This document shows positions 1 to 10,775 of a stretch of 63,513 nucleotides of DNA, piece after piece. Below the pieces are notes generated by a model. It saw nothing but the letters and a program-made list of their open reading frames with translations, did no database searches and was not told the origin of the DNA. This stretch comes from Lama glama (Eukaryota), in contig CM052816.1 of NCBI GenBank assembly GCA_028534125.1, positions 75,828,001 through 75,891,513 of the forward strand. Direction: 5' to 3'. Position numbers and translations under genes: made by a program. Numbering within the stretch: position 1 is the first letter of the stretch; each line of letters opens with the position of its first letter.

Positions 1-816
1 ACTTTAAAAAAGAAAGACAGAACTTAATTTTCTTAATGACTTTGTATCTTTTTCCTGAAGCCTGTCTTTCTTTTAGTTCCTGAGACTGTGGCCTACATTA
101 ATTTGTATAGCTGTATTAACTTTTATCAGAGAGCTTTAGAGAAACCAACTAGATCATTATACACTAGTCTTTTGATTCCCGGGAACATAGCTATTGACCA
201 TAAAAAAGGTGATTAACATAATATCTATTACTTCCTATTTTCTGTGGTCTGGCTGGCCACCTTGGCTTTAAGGAGAAGACTGGACTTGACCTTACACTGC
301 TGGGAAAGTTTATTAGCTTTGCCTTAATTAAACCTGCGCCATATAGTAGGAAGAAGGATATCACTGCCCCTTTGTTAGTCTTGGCGATCCTCCCGTTTCT
401 CTTTTGTGATAAATCACCCACCCTTTGGCCTCTGATTATCCACCAGAGAAACAGGTGATTGCTCTGTAGAACAGAGAGGGAAGTATACTATGGTTTAATT
501 TTCAACTGCAAGGGTTTGGCATATTATGTCAGGAACAAATAAATCTGAACAGTTACTCATGTAATGTTTAAGCAATGCTGGGCTTCTTTTATTACGATTT
601 TATGGAAGGCTGTCTGCAAAGGCTGGCATTCTGCTCTTGCTGGCAGATATTCAGGTTGTGAGGCTGCGACTGGGTCTCCAGCTCTAGAAGTGAAGAAGAT
701 ATGTTTTCCCCCAGGGAGTGAGACATTTGCTAGAGCAGTGCTCACAGAATCAGGAGGCAGCCTATAGAGTATTGCAAATGTGTTTTAAGGGGGATCCCTC
801 CATGTAAAGCAGTTTT

Positions 817-853
817 TTTTTTAACATTTTTTATTGATTTATAATCATTTTAT
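817..853 (-). mobile_element. Very short 5'-truncated young L1 (3' terminus plus poly-A)
   Basis: ttttaacattttttattgatttataatcatttta is the reverse complement of the L1 3' end also seen at 59709-59756. Exact 15-bp TSD atgtaaagcagtttt at 802-816 and 854-868. Confidence 0.85.
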
Positions 854-1016
854 ATGTAAAGCAGTTTTAGACACCAAATTTTCAACAGTGAATATTTCTT
901 TGGAGAAGGATTTGGTAAATGGTCAACAAGTAGAGGTAACTTCTATTTTTAACTTTATATATACTCTTACTGCTTGATTAAAAACAATAGTTGATACAAA
1001 ATAAAAATGATCATGA

Positions 1017-1715
1017 TGCAACTTCTTTATCCAGTCATCTGACATTGGGCATTTAGGTTGCTTCCATATCTTGGCTGTTGTAAATAGTGCTGCTATGAAC
1101 ATTGGGGTGCATGGATCTTTTCAAGTTAGAATTTCCTTCTGATATATGTCCAGGAGTGGTACTGCTGGATCATATGGTAAATCTATTTTTAGGTTTTTTT
1201 TAAAGGAAGCAACCTAAATGTCCATCGACAGATGATTGGATAAAGAAGTTGTGGTGTATATATACAATGGAATACTACTCAGACATAAAGAAGAACAAAA
1301 TAATGGCATTTGCTGCAACCTGGATGGACTTAGAGATTATCACACTAAGTGAAGTAAGTCAGACAGAGAAAGACAAATATCACATGATATCACTTACATG
1401 TGGAATCTAAAAAATATGACACAAATGAACTTATTTACAAAACAGAAACAGACTCACAGACATAGAAAACAAACTTATAATTACCAAAGGGGAAAAGGGG
1501 GAAGTTTGGGATTAGCAGATACAAACTACTGTATACAAAATAGATTAACAATAAGGCCCTACTATATAGCATAGGGAACTATATTCAATATATGGTAATA
1601 ACCTATAGTGAAAAAGAATATGAAAAAGAATATATATATGACTGAATCACTGTGCTGTACATCAGAAACTTTCACAACATTGTAAATCAACTATACTTAA
1701 ATAAAAGGTATTTTT
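1017..1715 (+). mobile_element. 5'-inverted (twin-primed) L1 3' fragment
   Basis: Minus-strand ORF2 C-terminal sequence at 1017-1204, then plus-strand ORF2 end and 3'UTR at 1205-1715. TSD aaatgatcatga at 1005-1016 and 1716-1727. Confidence 0.92.
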
Positions 1716-2015
1716 AAATGATCATGACAAAAACTAATGGCTCTCAAATGTTTTTAATGTTGGAGAGAAGCTCTGACTACTGTCTTTGCTAAAAATAAAA
1801 AAGTTGTCAGCATTTTTGCATGTGTTTCAGAAATGACCCTTTCACCAGGGCTATAGCTTGTATTTTAAAATCAGGCTTAATTGAGTAGAGAAGAGGAGAA
1901 GAAATTTGACATGGAGAGGCTGGTAGAAAGTGCGATAATATGTCTCAACCAGGTCTTGAAGCACTGACTCTAAGAAACTGGCTCTATGGGAGAAGAAAGT
2001 AAGCCTGCCCAAGGG

Positions 2016-2411
2016 TGTGTTCATTTGTTAGGGCTGCCATAACAGAATCTCACAGACAGGCTGACTTAAACAACAGAAGTTTATTTTCTCTTAGTTCTGG
2101 AAGCTGGGAGTCTAAGGTGTAGGTGCAGCTAATTCAGTTCCTGGTGAAGGCCCTCTTCCTGGCTTGTGGATGGTTGCCTCTGTCTTGTGTTCTCCTTACA
2201 TGGTCTTTCCTCTGTGGGGGCACATTCCCGGTGTGGCCTAATCTCCTCTTCTTATAAGGACACCAATCAAATTGTATTAGGGCATGCCTTAATGGCCCCA
2301 TTTTAACTTAATTACCTCCTTTAAAGGTCTTATCCACAAATACAGTCGCATTCTGAAGTTCAGGTTCAAAGTATGAATTTAGGTGGGGAGGACACAATTC
2401 AGTCCATGACA
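2016..2411 (-). mobile_element. MaLR solo LTR, MLT1A-like
   Basis: TG...CA ends; gggctgccataaca...acttaaacaacagaagtttattttctc...gacacaattcagtccatgaca matches the reverse complement of MLT1A-type consensus. Confidence 0.85.
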
Positions 2412-3169
2412 ATGGATAAATTCTTCTAGAGCTTTTTGTTATTCTTACAGATTTTGTTGGGAATGAAAATGACTATAATCGTTCAAACTAATTATACTTT
2501 ACTGAAGAACAACAGATAATCCTTAACCTATTGTGCAAAATAAAGAAAATTAAAGCCGAAAATCAAATTGAGATAAAACAAAGTTAGTATGCACATTTAA
2601 TGCATGAAGAATAATCAAGAAATCATACATTTGTAGGGGAAGGAAATAAACTTGTTAAGAGTGCTGGTGTTTCTGATGTTTGTGTGGTTTATTTTGAAAA
2701 CTTGCTACTATTATAGTCAAGGGACTTGTGTTACTTTATTATTTTTTAAAGAAAAGCAGACATGGAAAGAAACTATAAACATTAAACACACTGAAGCTTT
2801 AATAGAAGATGTTATTCAGTAACAAAGAAAATATTTACCTGGTATCCAATTCAAAATCCTTTTAAATCCTAATCAAAGTATTTTAATTAGAGTGTATAGT
2901 TAGTAAAATGTTTATTTGATTATACCAAGATTGGAAAAGTAATAGCTCCTCAAATTGTAATAGAAAATATAAAACTTTTCACAATTTTCTAACTTTGAGT
3001 TATTCCAAGAGTTTTTTTTTTTAAATTATTCTTTAGTGTTTAGAATGCTGAATGCTCAGATTTTTTTCTAGAAGGATTTTTTTTTTTCACACTTGCTGTC
3101 AGCCTCCCAGTTTGACATGTACCATGCATTGTCTGTGTTGTTGCCATTTTTTCCTACGTTCAAATATTG

Positions 3170-3272
3170 TCTCCACCAATAAGACAGTGAGCGTCTTGAG
3201 AAGGACCATGACTAATTCACGGTTATTGCTCCAGAACCTGGCACATAGTAGGTAGCTAGTGACATATTTTTT
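3170..3272 (+). mobile_element. L2 3' end fragment
   Basis: cagaacctggcacatagtagg L2/MIR-type tail preceded by L2-like agacagtgagcgtcttgagaagg. Confidence 0.6.
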
Positions 3273-3507
3273 TATCAAGGTCAAATAGTATAGAAATTTT
3301 CTCATGCATTTGACTCTATTTTGTAAAACTGTGAAAATGTAAACTGTAATGATAAAAAATTGTCAGTTGATTGCATGGTTGAGTCTTCAGCTATTGGTTC
3401 AGTTGTCCATATAATTATCTCAGATCCCAAAATACTTTAATCTGAAATGCTTAGAAAATGGAAGTTAAAAGGCTGTTTTAATTTCTCTTCTCAAATTACT
3501 TGTATTA

Positions 3508-3735
3508 GCATAGTGGTAAAGTGAACTGCTGGGTTCATAATCCTGGCCTCACCACTTATTAGCTGCGTGACAATGGGCGAGTTACCTACTGTATCTGTGC
3601 CTGAGTTTCTCATCTATACAATGGGATTATATTAACACCTTCCTTTTAGGGTTTGTCTGATGATTAAATGAGTTAACAATGTAAAGCTCTTAGAAGAATG
3701 CCTGGTGCCTCCTAAGTGCTATAAATGTTTGCTTT
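3508..3735 (+). mobile_element. MIR SINE
   Basis: Core ccacttattagctgcgtgacaatgggcgagttacct...ctgagtttctcatctatacaatggg...gattaaatgagttaa. Confidence 0.9.
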
Positions 3736-3767
3736 TTTAAGTATCTTTATTAGTTCACTGAAATAGA

Positions 3768-4364
3768 TGTAGACCCCCAACCCAGCTGTCTCCTGCACTT
3801 GAGGTGTTGTTGTTGGAGAATGGGTTCTTGCCTTGCGCAGGAAAGAATTCAAGAGCAAGTCATGAAGTGAAAGCAAGTTTATTTAGAGTGGGGTCCATCT
3901 CATTCAGAAGGTAAGACAGCTTAGAAGATACACATTCCATAGGCAGAATTCGGATCATCTCAAAAAGGTGAGAGGGAGAGAGGCTGAGAGGTGTTTAGTT
4001 TAAAGTAAAAATAGACACACACGCCATAGACAGAGTGCAGGCTGTCTCAGAAGGCTAGAGAGAGAGAGTAACCCGGAGGTACAGAGTTGTTAGGTTTTAT
4101 GGGCTTGGTAATTTCATATGCTAATGAGTAGGAGGATTATTCCCACTACTTTGGGGAAGGGGCAGGGATTTCTAGGAACAAGGCTCCCTTGCCTACTTTT
4201 ATGGGCAGCCTAGGAACTGTCATGGCTCCTGTAGGTGTGCCATGAAGCTCAAGGTCTACTGGAAGTCGAATCTTCCACCATCTTGGTTCTAAGCAGTCTG
4301 TTGTGTCCTCATTTCTGTGTCATTCCTTCAGTGGTTATGCCCTGCCCCCTTTCCTCCTATCTCA
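3768..4364 (-). mobile_element. ERV1 solo LTR, MER41-like
   Basis: gggttcttgccttgcgcaggaaagaattcaagagcaagtc...agtgaaagcaagtttatt resembles the MER41 R/U5 reverse complement. Minus-strand AATAAA at 3878-3883; minus-strand start TGAGATAGGAGG; internal direct repeats. Left boundary approximate, no clean TSD. Confidence 0.8.
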
Positions 4365-4999
4365 ATGTTGCAATTAAACAAATGAACAAATAATACAAAA
4401 TTATTTCACTGCTGAGTGTATTCCACAAGTAAAGTAAATTTTAACCTGGGGAATTAAGATTTCTGCTTCCCAGGCCAAATTTGAGAGTTTACCAGCATAG
4501 CTACAGTGGCCTTCTTTAGAAACTGTAGCTCCCTTGGTTTTTTACAGTGAGTGCCATGTGTTATGAATACTCAAAAAAAAAATGAACAGATTACAGTGAA
4601 ATTCAGGCAGGACTGATGTTAGTGCCCTAGAAAGGAATCATGTCAGAAATTTGATTAGAGCACAGAATGAACTTTTCTCAACACCTCACAGGTGTGGCTT
4701 TCATGTTGTGGGTCACTTAGCAGGAAGGATCGAGGGCTCAGTAGGATATCAGGAGCACTCACTTGGCAACCTTTGTAGGACCAACAGGGCAATGTCCAGC
4801 AATGAAGAATTACATTCTCACAAATAGGCCTATGGAATTACAAGGAAGTGGTGTGTGTGTGTCTTGATTTATAGCAACTGAGAGTTACAGGTGAATGCTG
4901 GTAGCCCATGGGAGGTTGCCTCCTCTAGCAACTTGGATACCTTTGGTCACAGTCCTGAAGTTAACCATCAGGGGAATTAAGATTTATTAGATTAGATTT

Positions 5000-5143
5000 A
5001 TTAGACGCCTTAACACTAACTGGCTGTATGGCTTTGGGCTTGTCACTTAGCTTCTTTGGACCTCAGTCCCCTCATGGGTGAGTGAGGGGATAGGACAAGA
5101 TGTTCTTTAAATTCTCTTCCAAATCCAATGTTCCATGATTCTG
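5000..5143 (+). mobile_element. MIR/MIR3 fragment
   Basis: actaactggctgtatggctttgggcttgtcacttagcttctttggacctcag core and ttccaaatccaatgttccatgattct tail. Confidence 0.7.
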
Positions 5144-6464
5144 CAATAGAAGTAGTAGCATAGTCAATAAAGATGTATTTCACTAATTCACTAACACCTC
5201 TGCATAAAAGCAAAATCAGAGTTTCTGCAGTGATATAGTTTATTCATTTTTAAAAAAACTGTATTCTGTGATTATAAAATGAGAACTGGAAATGAACTAA
5301 TTTGGACTTCTAATTTAATTTTTTTTTAAAGCATTTGACTTTTAGGAGAAAGAAGCAAATCCACAGAAAACAATGTATATTAAAAACCAATGTCCCAAAA
5401 TCCACTGTCAGAGACTAGCGAGTTCAGTTCTTCTTGCTTCTTTAATTTTCACATCTTTAATATGCTGCAGTTATAGTTGATGCTCAGTAATATGTCCCTA
5501 AAATATCAAAGGCAGATTCAGTGACTTTAACTAGACTATGCTTAGAAATACAAGTGTCCCTGTATATTGTATATGATCGCAGATATATTTTAGAAAGCAT
5601 TTTGATCGTAGCTACAAATGAAATGCATAATGAGAAAATTATCTTTAATGAGAAAATTCAACTTATCAGATCAGATTTTAATCAGCAGTGTTTCATTGTA
5701 CTTCGACTTCTGTTTGCATTTAGACAAGTCACTTCACTTCTGTAATCCTCAACTTTTCTCAGACAGATGCAGGGTAAGAGACAATGTCTAAAATGCTTTT
5801 TTATTTCTAAAATTCTATTTTCTATTCTCTCTCCATAAATTCTAATTCTGTTCTATCTTTAAAATTTGAATTCAAGTCCTCTACTTCTTTCTCTTATTTG
5901 AAAGATTCTTCCAATTATTTTTAACCTGATTCTCCCTAAAAAAGTCCCCTGCCCCCTGCAGTCTCTCTCTTACCAGCAGACACTATTACATGCTTTCATG
6001 GATGGGATAGTGACTGGCTAAGTAAATGTTGACTGCTCTTCTCCTTTGCTGCTTTCAGACATGTCTTGGGTGGTTTTATTACCTACATGAGCCCTGTCTA
6101 GAGAAAAGAGGTGGAGATTAGCAGATAAGAGTTACCGATGACTAAACATGAGTTAGTTTCCTAACACAAGGCTGACATTTTCCGTCATTTCAAACAATGA
6201 GTTACCTAGAAAAGATATGGCAGACTACGCATAGCCTTTGGCCCTAAGAAATGTCTACTCAACAACAAAAAAAGCTGGTGCTGACACATCTGAAATAGTC
6301 AGACAATTCTTAAGTGCCAAAATATATAGCCCTAACTGTAATTGCGTTAGAAGTGCGTGGAAGGAAGGTTTGGGTTTGGAGTAGTCAGCAGAATCTGAGG
6401 GAGGAAATCTGACTTGCAGAGTCTGCTTAAGGAAGAATAATACATATGATTCTTTGATGCTTTA

Positions 6465-6640
6465 ATTCATTTAGCAAATATTTATTTAGTGGCTATGATG
6501 CATTGAACTTTTCTAAGTGCTGGCAATATAGCAGTGAGCAAAGTGGGAAGAAACTTTGTCCATCCAGAGCTTTCATTCTAATAGAGGTATGTAAGGAGAA
6601 TAAATAAATAAAAATATATTATATCAAATGATGTAAGTAC
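6465..6640 (-). mobile_element. L2 3' end fragment
   Basis: ttcatttagcaaatatttattta...ctaagtgctggcaatatagcagtgagcaa is the L2 tail in reverse complement. Confidence 0.75.
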
Positions 6641-6749
6641 TAGGAAATTTAAAAGATACTATGCTTCAATTAAAAAAAAAGATACTTTGGTTAGTAAGAC
6701 ATAGAGAATGGCCTGAGAAGTGATATAATTAGACTGTATCAAGCTAATA

Positions 6750-6880
6750 TACTCTTATTTTATAAATCAAGAAACCAAGACTCAAAGGGGTTAAGTAACA
6801 TAGCTAAGGTCCCCCAGTTTATTAACAAGAAAGGAATAAAATCCAGGCTCACCCCAGGTCCTACTCTAGCATTCCTTCCA
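6750..6880 (-). mobile_element. MIR fragment
   Basis: attttataaatcaagaaaccaagactcaaaggggttaagtaacatagctaaggtc is the MIR core in reverse complement. Confidence 0.7.
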
Positions 6881-7045
6881 GTATGCACACATTTCCTAGA
6901 TGGTCAAGAGACATAGTTACAGAGGTGGGAATAAGTAGAGCTTGTGTGGGACCCAAGGCAGTAGACACTCTGTGTTGGGGGCAAGAGGAAAATATGGCTA
7001 AGTGGGAAGGACAGTGTCATATCTGGAAAGCCAGACAGGGAAGTT

Positions 7046-7243
7046 TATTTATTTGTGTATTTTTTATTGACAGGGGGAGGTAATTAGGTTTTCTATTTAT
7101 TTATTTTTAAATTTATTTATTTATTTAATTGAAGTATAGTTAGGTTACAATGTTGTGTCAATTTGAGGTACTGGGGATTGAGCCCAGGACCTTGTGCACG
7201 CTAAGCATGTGCTCTACCACTTGTGCTGTCCCCACACCCCTTG
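7046..7243 (-). mobile_element. Camelid-type tRNA-Ala-derived SINE (Vic-1-like) containing a short L1 tail
   Basis: Minus strand reads CAGCACAAGTGGTAGAGCACATGCTTAGCGTGCACAAGGTCCTGGGCTCAATCCCCAGTACCTC (A box, AGC anticodon loop, B box), later AAACCTAATTACCTCCCCC and an A-rich tail. TSD cagggaagtt at 7036-7045 and 7244-7253. Confidence 0.9.
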
Positions 7244-9439
7244 CAGGGAAGTTGAAATTTGATGTGATGATAAAAAAGAAACGAATAAAATGATCTTTAG
7301 AAAAGTTTGGCGCTATTTAGTTAATTTTTAAGTCATCAGATTAAAAAGTGCTTCCCTTGTATGACTGCCCTTTTCTCTCTTTCCTTCCCTGAAAAATAAC
7401 TCCTTTGTTTAATGCTATTTACCATCAGGTAGAGCAGTTATGTTTTCTGAGAATGTCAAAGACGCTATACAATGATTTGTCTCAAAACTAGAAAGAATGT
7501 GTTCTGGGGAAATGCAAATATTTTATTGCAGCTCCACATTTAGGGATTAAACTGACGGTGAAATGAATGTAGAATGAGAACTAAATCTAGACATTAGATT
7601 TGGATAAAATGAGCAAGCTGAATCAGATGTAAATTGAGAGAGGCTGTTACTCATACTTTCATCGTAAATTGGGAGTTAAGTACTTAAGTTCCTCCAGGAG
7701 CTAATACATAAATTATAAACCAGATCATACATTTCCTTAAGTGCAGCAGTCATTGTTGCTGATTCACTTTCATTTCAAGATTCCAATAATTGAGAGAGAG
7801 AGAAACCACCAACAAAATGTACAAATGAGGATTTATTTGCAGATGTGAAGACTCCATAACAGCAATAGTTTTTACTCTTCTTTGAGAAAGAACAGGAGCT
7901 TCAAGTAGGAAGAAAATATATGCATTAAATACCACAGGTTCAACAATCAGAAAATTATCAAATAGGGCAAATGAACCTTATGCCTGTAGCTGCTCATAAC
8001 ATGTTAGATATGCGTACTTAACTTTGGCCTAAATCTAAAGCATGTCTTATTTTGGATGTGATGGGTATTTTGGAAAGGTTCCAGGACCTTTTGTATAAGG
8101 TTGTAACTAGGGAATTATGAGCCTTACTATATGAGGGTAATGGAGGATCTAGCTGTGCATTTTGGGGGCCAGGCAGATTTTATGGAAATATTCTAAGTCC
8201 ATGGCTCTCTAATTCCAAGCAGATAGTCAATGTAATACAAAGACTACTTAGGAAAAAAAATAAAAACAAAGACTACTTAGATTTTTATGTTTTATGATTA
8301 AGGTGGGGGTGGGGATATTGCTCTAATACTCACTTGTAGGTCATTGACTACTGCAATTTTCCCACCAGAAGACCAGAATTACTTGCATAATTAATGCAAA
8401 GTAACTGTTACCCAAGACGATCCCTCCTACAGAGTCGCTTTATTTCAGGCTTCTGATCGTCTTGGGGTTAATGATTCATAAAACAAAAAGGCCTCTAAGC
8501 AGTGTAGAAACATATCTGTCCCAGAATTTAAGCCTGTTGTTGAAGGTTGGAGGAGGAGTGACCCTCAGGCCTTCATCCATAAGACACAGAGTACACACAG
8601 CAAAGTGTAGGCACTTGATCACAAGTACTGAAGATTTCAGGCACAAGGTGGATGGTCATGACTTATTTTACTTCCTTTTAGTTATTCATGCCAACTGTTT
8701 ATGTCTGAGATAATTGAATATGTATGGGAAAAAAAGTTTAGATACTTTCAAAACACTTTCAGGGATCTATATGGTGCTACATAGCACTCCTGCTCACTGA
8801 AGAGTGATCAAGAAATTATTTCAATCCATTTACTCTGTTCAGTAAGGTAAGTAAGACTATGTGTTCAATTAGATTTCTGTCAAAATGGTTAAAACAAACA
8901 AAAGAACAAAAAATGTCTTCAAAGAGGTAAACTTAAGTTATTTAGAAAATCCATTTATATTAAGGGCTTCATTCCAAGATGAGGAGAGAAAATACGTCTA
9001 CTTATGCAGCATGTATACTATGTACTCAGCCAAGTGACAGGTATGAGTGGTGGTGGAGGCTCTAGTAGGTGCCTGAGGACATGAAAGCTGTCGTCAGGGA
9101 CTTGAAGGTTTGTCCTGTGTCTACCAGCATGTGAGATGTTAAGGAAATGGAATTCCTTGCTCCTGTAGAGTTGATAAGGGCAATAAGGACAGGCAGGGAT
9201 GCATGCTTGGAAAGTCAAGTTGGAAATCTGAACCCACTTTCCTAATAGTCTTTAGGAAAAGATTTGCCCTTCCATAGATAAAACTGCATAAATGGTGTGA
9301 GTTTCCAAGACTGACTCGTTAGTTTTTGTATTTATCCTATGATATTTCTGAGGTACTGAGTTCTAGAACTCCCACTTAGAAGCTTTTGGAAACAACTTTC
9401 TATGGTGGAGTTACCAAAATAATTGATTCACACCATTAA

Positions 9440-10330
9440 TACTCTAAGGGTCTTGAGAAAGGTGGCATTTGGATGGTCAGGAGGAAACAAAGATAACCCA
9501 GAGTGATGACCTCATAAGGACAGAGGAGATAGGATGAAAGAAGAAAGGAGAGGAGGCATCCTAGGCAGGGAGACAGCAAGGCTGAGTGCATAGAGCAGTG
9601 GCTCCCAGCCTTGACTGCACATTTGAATCACCTGGGATGCTTAAAAAAATTCCCGATGACTAAGGTTCTCTCCAGAATCTCTACAGATGAGCCAAGCATG
9701 GGTATTTTAAGAACCTTTGAGGTGGCCCCATAGTTTGAGAATCACTGACTTAGAATCTGGAATGAACTCTTATGTGTTTTGAGACATGAGGCGATCAGTT
9801 TGAAGAGAATAGAGGTCCCACTTTCCCCCTGTGAAGCAGCCCATGGGTAGGCAGTAAATCTCTCAAAGGACTCTGAAAACTGGTCTCATCTGAAGGTTAG
9901 TAAGAGGTCACTTTTTTTTAAGCAGTAATAAACAAGAATAACAGTGGCACTTAGTCTGTAGACAGGCTTTATAGATTTAATAGAAAATGAAGATAAGGCT
10001 ATTAGTTAGGAGGCTATTGATGTAACTCAAGCATGAGATCATAAGGCCTTGGGAGGAGCTGTAGGGGCAGAAACAAGGGCACAGGGTGGAAGAAACTCTG
10101 AAAAGTTGAAACAATAGATTATGTATCTTGAGCACAGTAGGTACTTAAAATTTGTAGAGTATATGAGTGGAAGGGGCTAAGGAGAGAAAAGCATCAAAGA
10201 GGACTTCAAAATATGAAGTTCTAGAGAATGACACTACCGTGACAAGAAAGGGGGGAAGGCAGGAGGGAGGAGTTGCTATAGAAGAAAAGATAGATTCCGT
10301 TTTGGATGTGTTACATTCGTGGGGACAACA
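9440..10330 (-). mobile_element. Fragmented L2
   Basis: L2-like blocks such as gcatcctaggcagggagacagcaaggc, agttaggaggctattgatgtaactcaagcatgagat and ttttggatgtgtta; interrupted by a MER5 element. Confidence 0.6.
9596..9747. mobile_element. hAT-Charlie MITE, MER5-like
   Basis: TIRs cagtggctccca / tgagaatcactg; internal gcacatttgaatcacctggga; both flanks contain TAGA. Confidence 0.8.
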
Positions 10331-10439
10331 GCCAACATTTTCATGGCTTTTCTGCCTGCATGATGGAGCCCATGCTTAGTTCTCTAGTCTCTCCTGCATT
10401 CAGGGTCTCTGGTCATGGCCACTCCTTCTAGTTCTAGGG

Positions 10440-10775
10440 TTTTTCCATAAGCCCTTCCCCAACTTTGCTTGAGGTCTTCTTCCCACTCTTTCTTTGACCC
10501 CATCCTACTCATACTTAAAGTTTCCTTAAGGACACTTTTCTTGCCATGCCATCCCCCAAATTAACTTCCCTGTTACATAGTTTAGCATCTTGTCTCTAGG
10601 TGGTTTCTACATAGCACATATCACTCTTGTACTTTGGCAAGAACTTGCTCAAGAGCTTGCTCCCCGACTATAACCTCCATATAGGCAGAGGCGTTGTTTA
10701 TTCTGCTCACTGCTGTACTTCTGGGGACCAGCACTATGTCCATCACATGGCAGGTTCTTGAATAATTAAATGAAT
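10440..10775 (+). mobile_element. L2 3' region
   Basis: gactataacctccatataggcagagg...ccagcactatgtccatcacatggcagg...aaatgaat. Confidence 0.7.

Noticed and set aside
7165..7240. tRNA-Ala-like sequence (also 49075-49149) as a tRNA gene
   Set aside because: Degenerate stems, A-rich tail and TSD mark both as SINEs.
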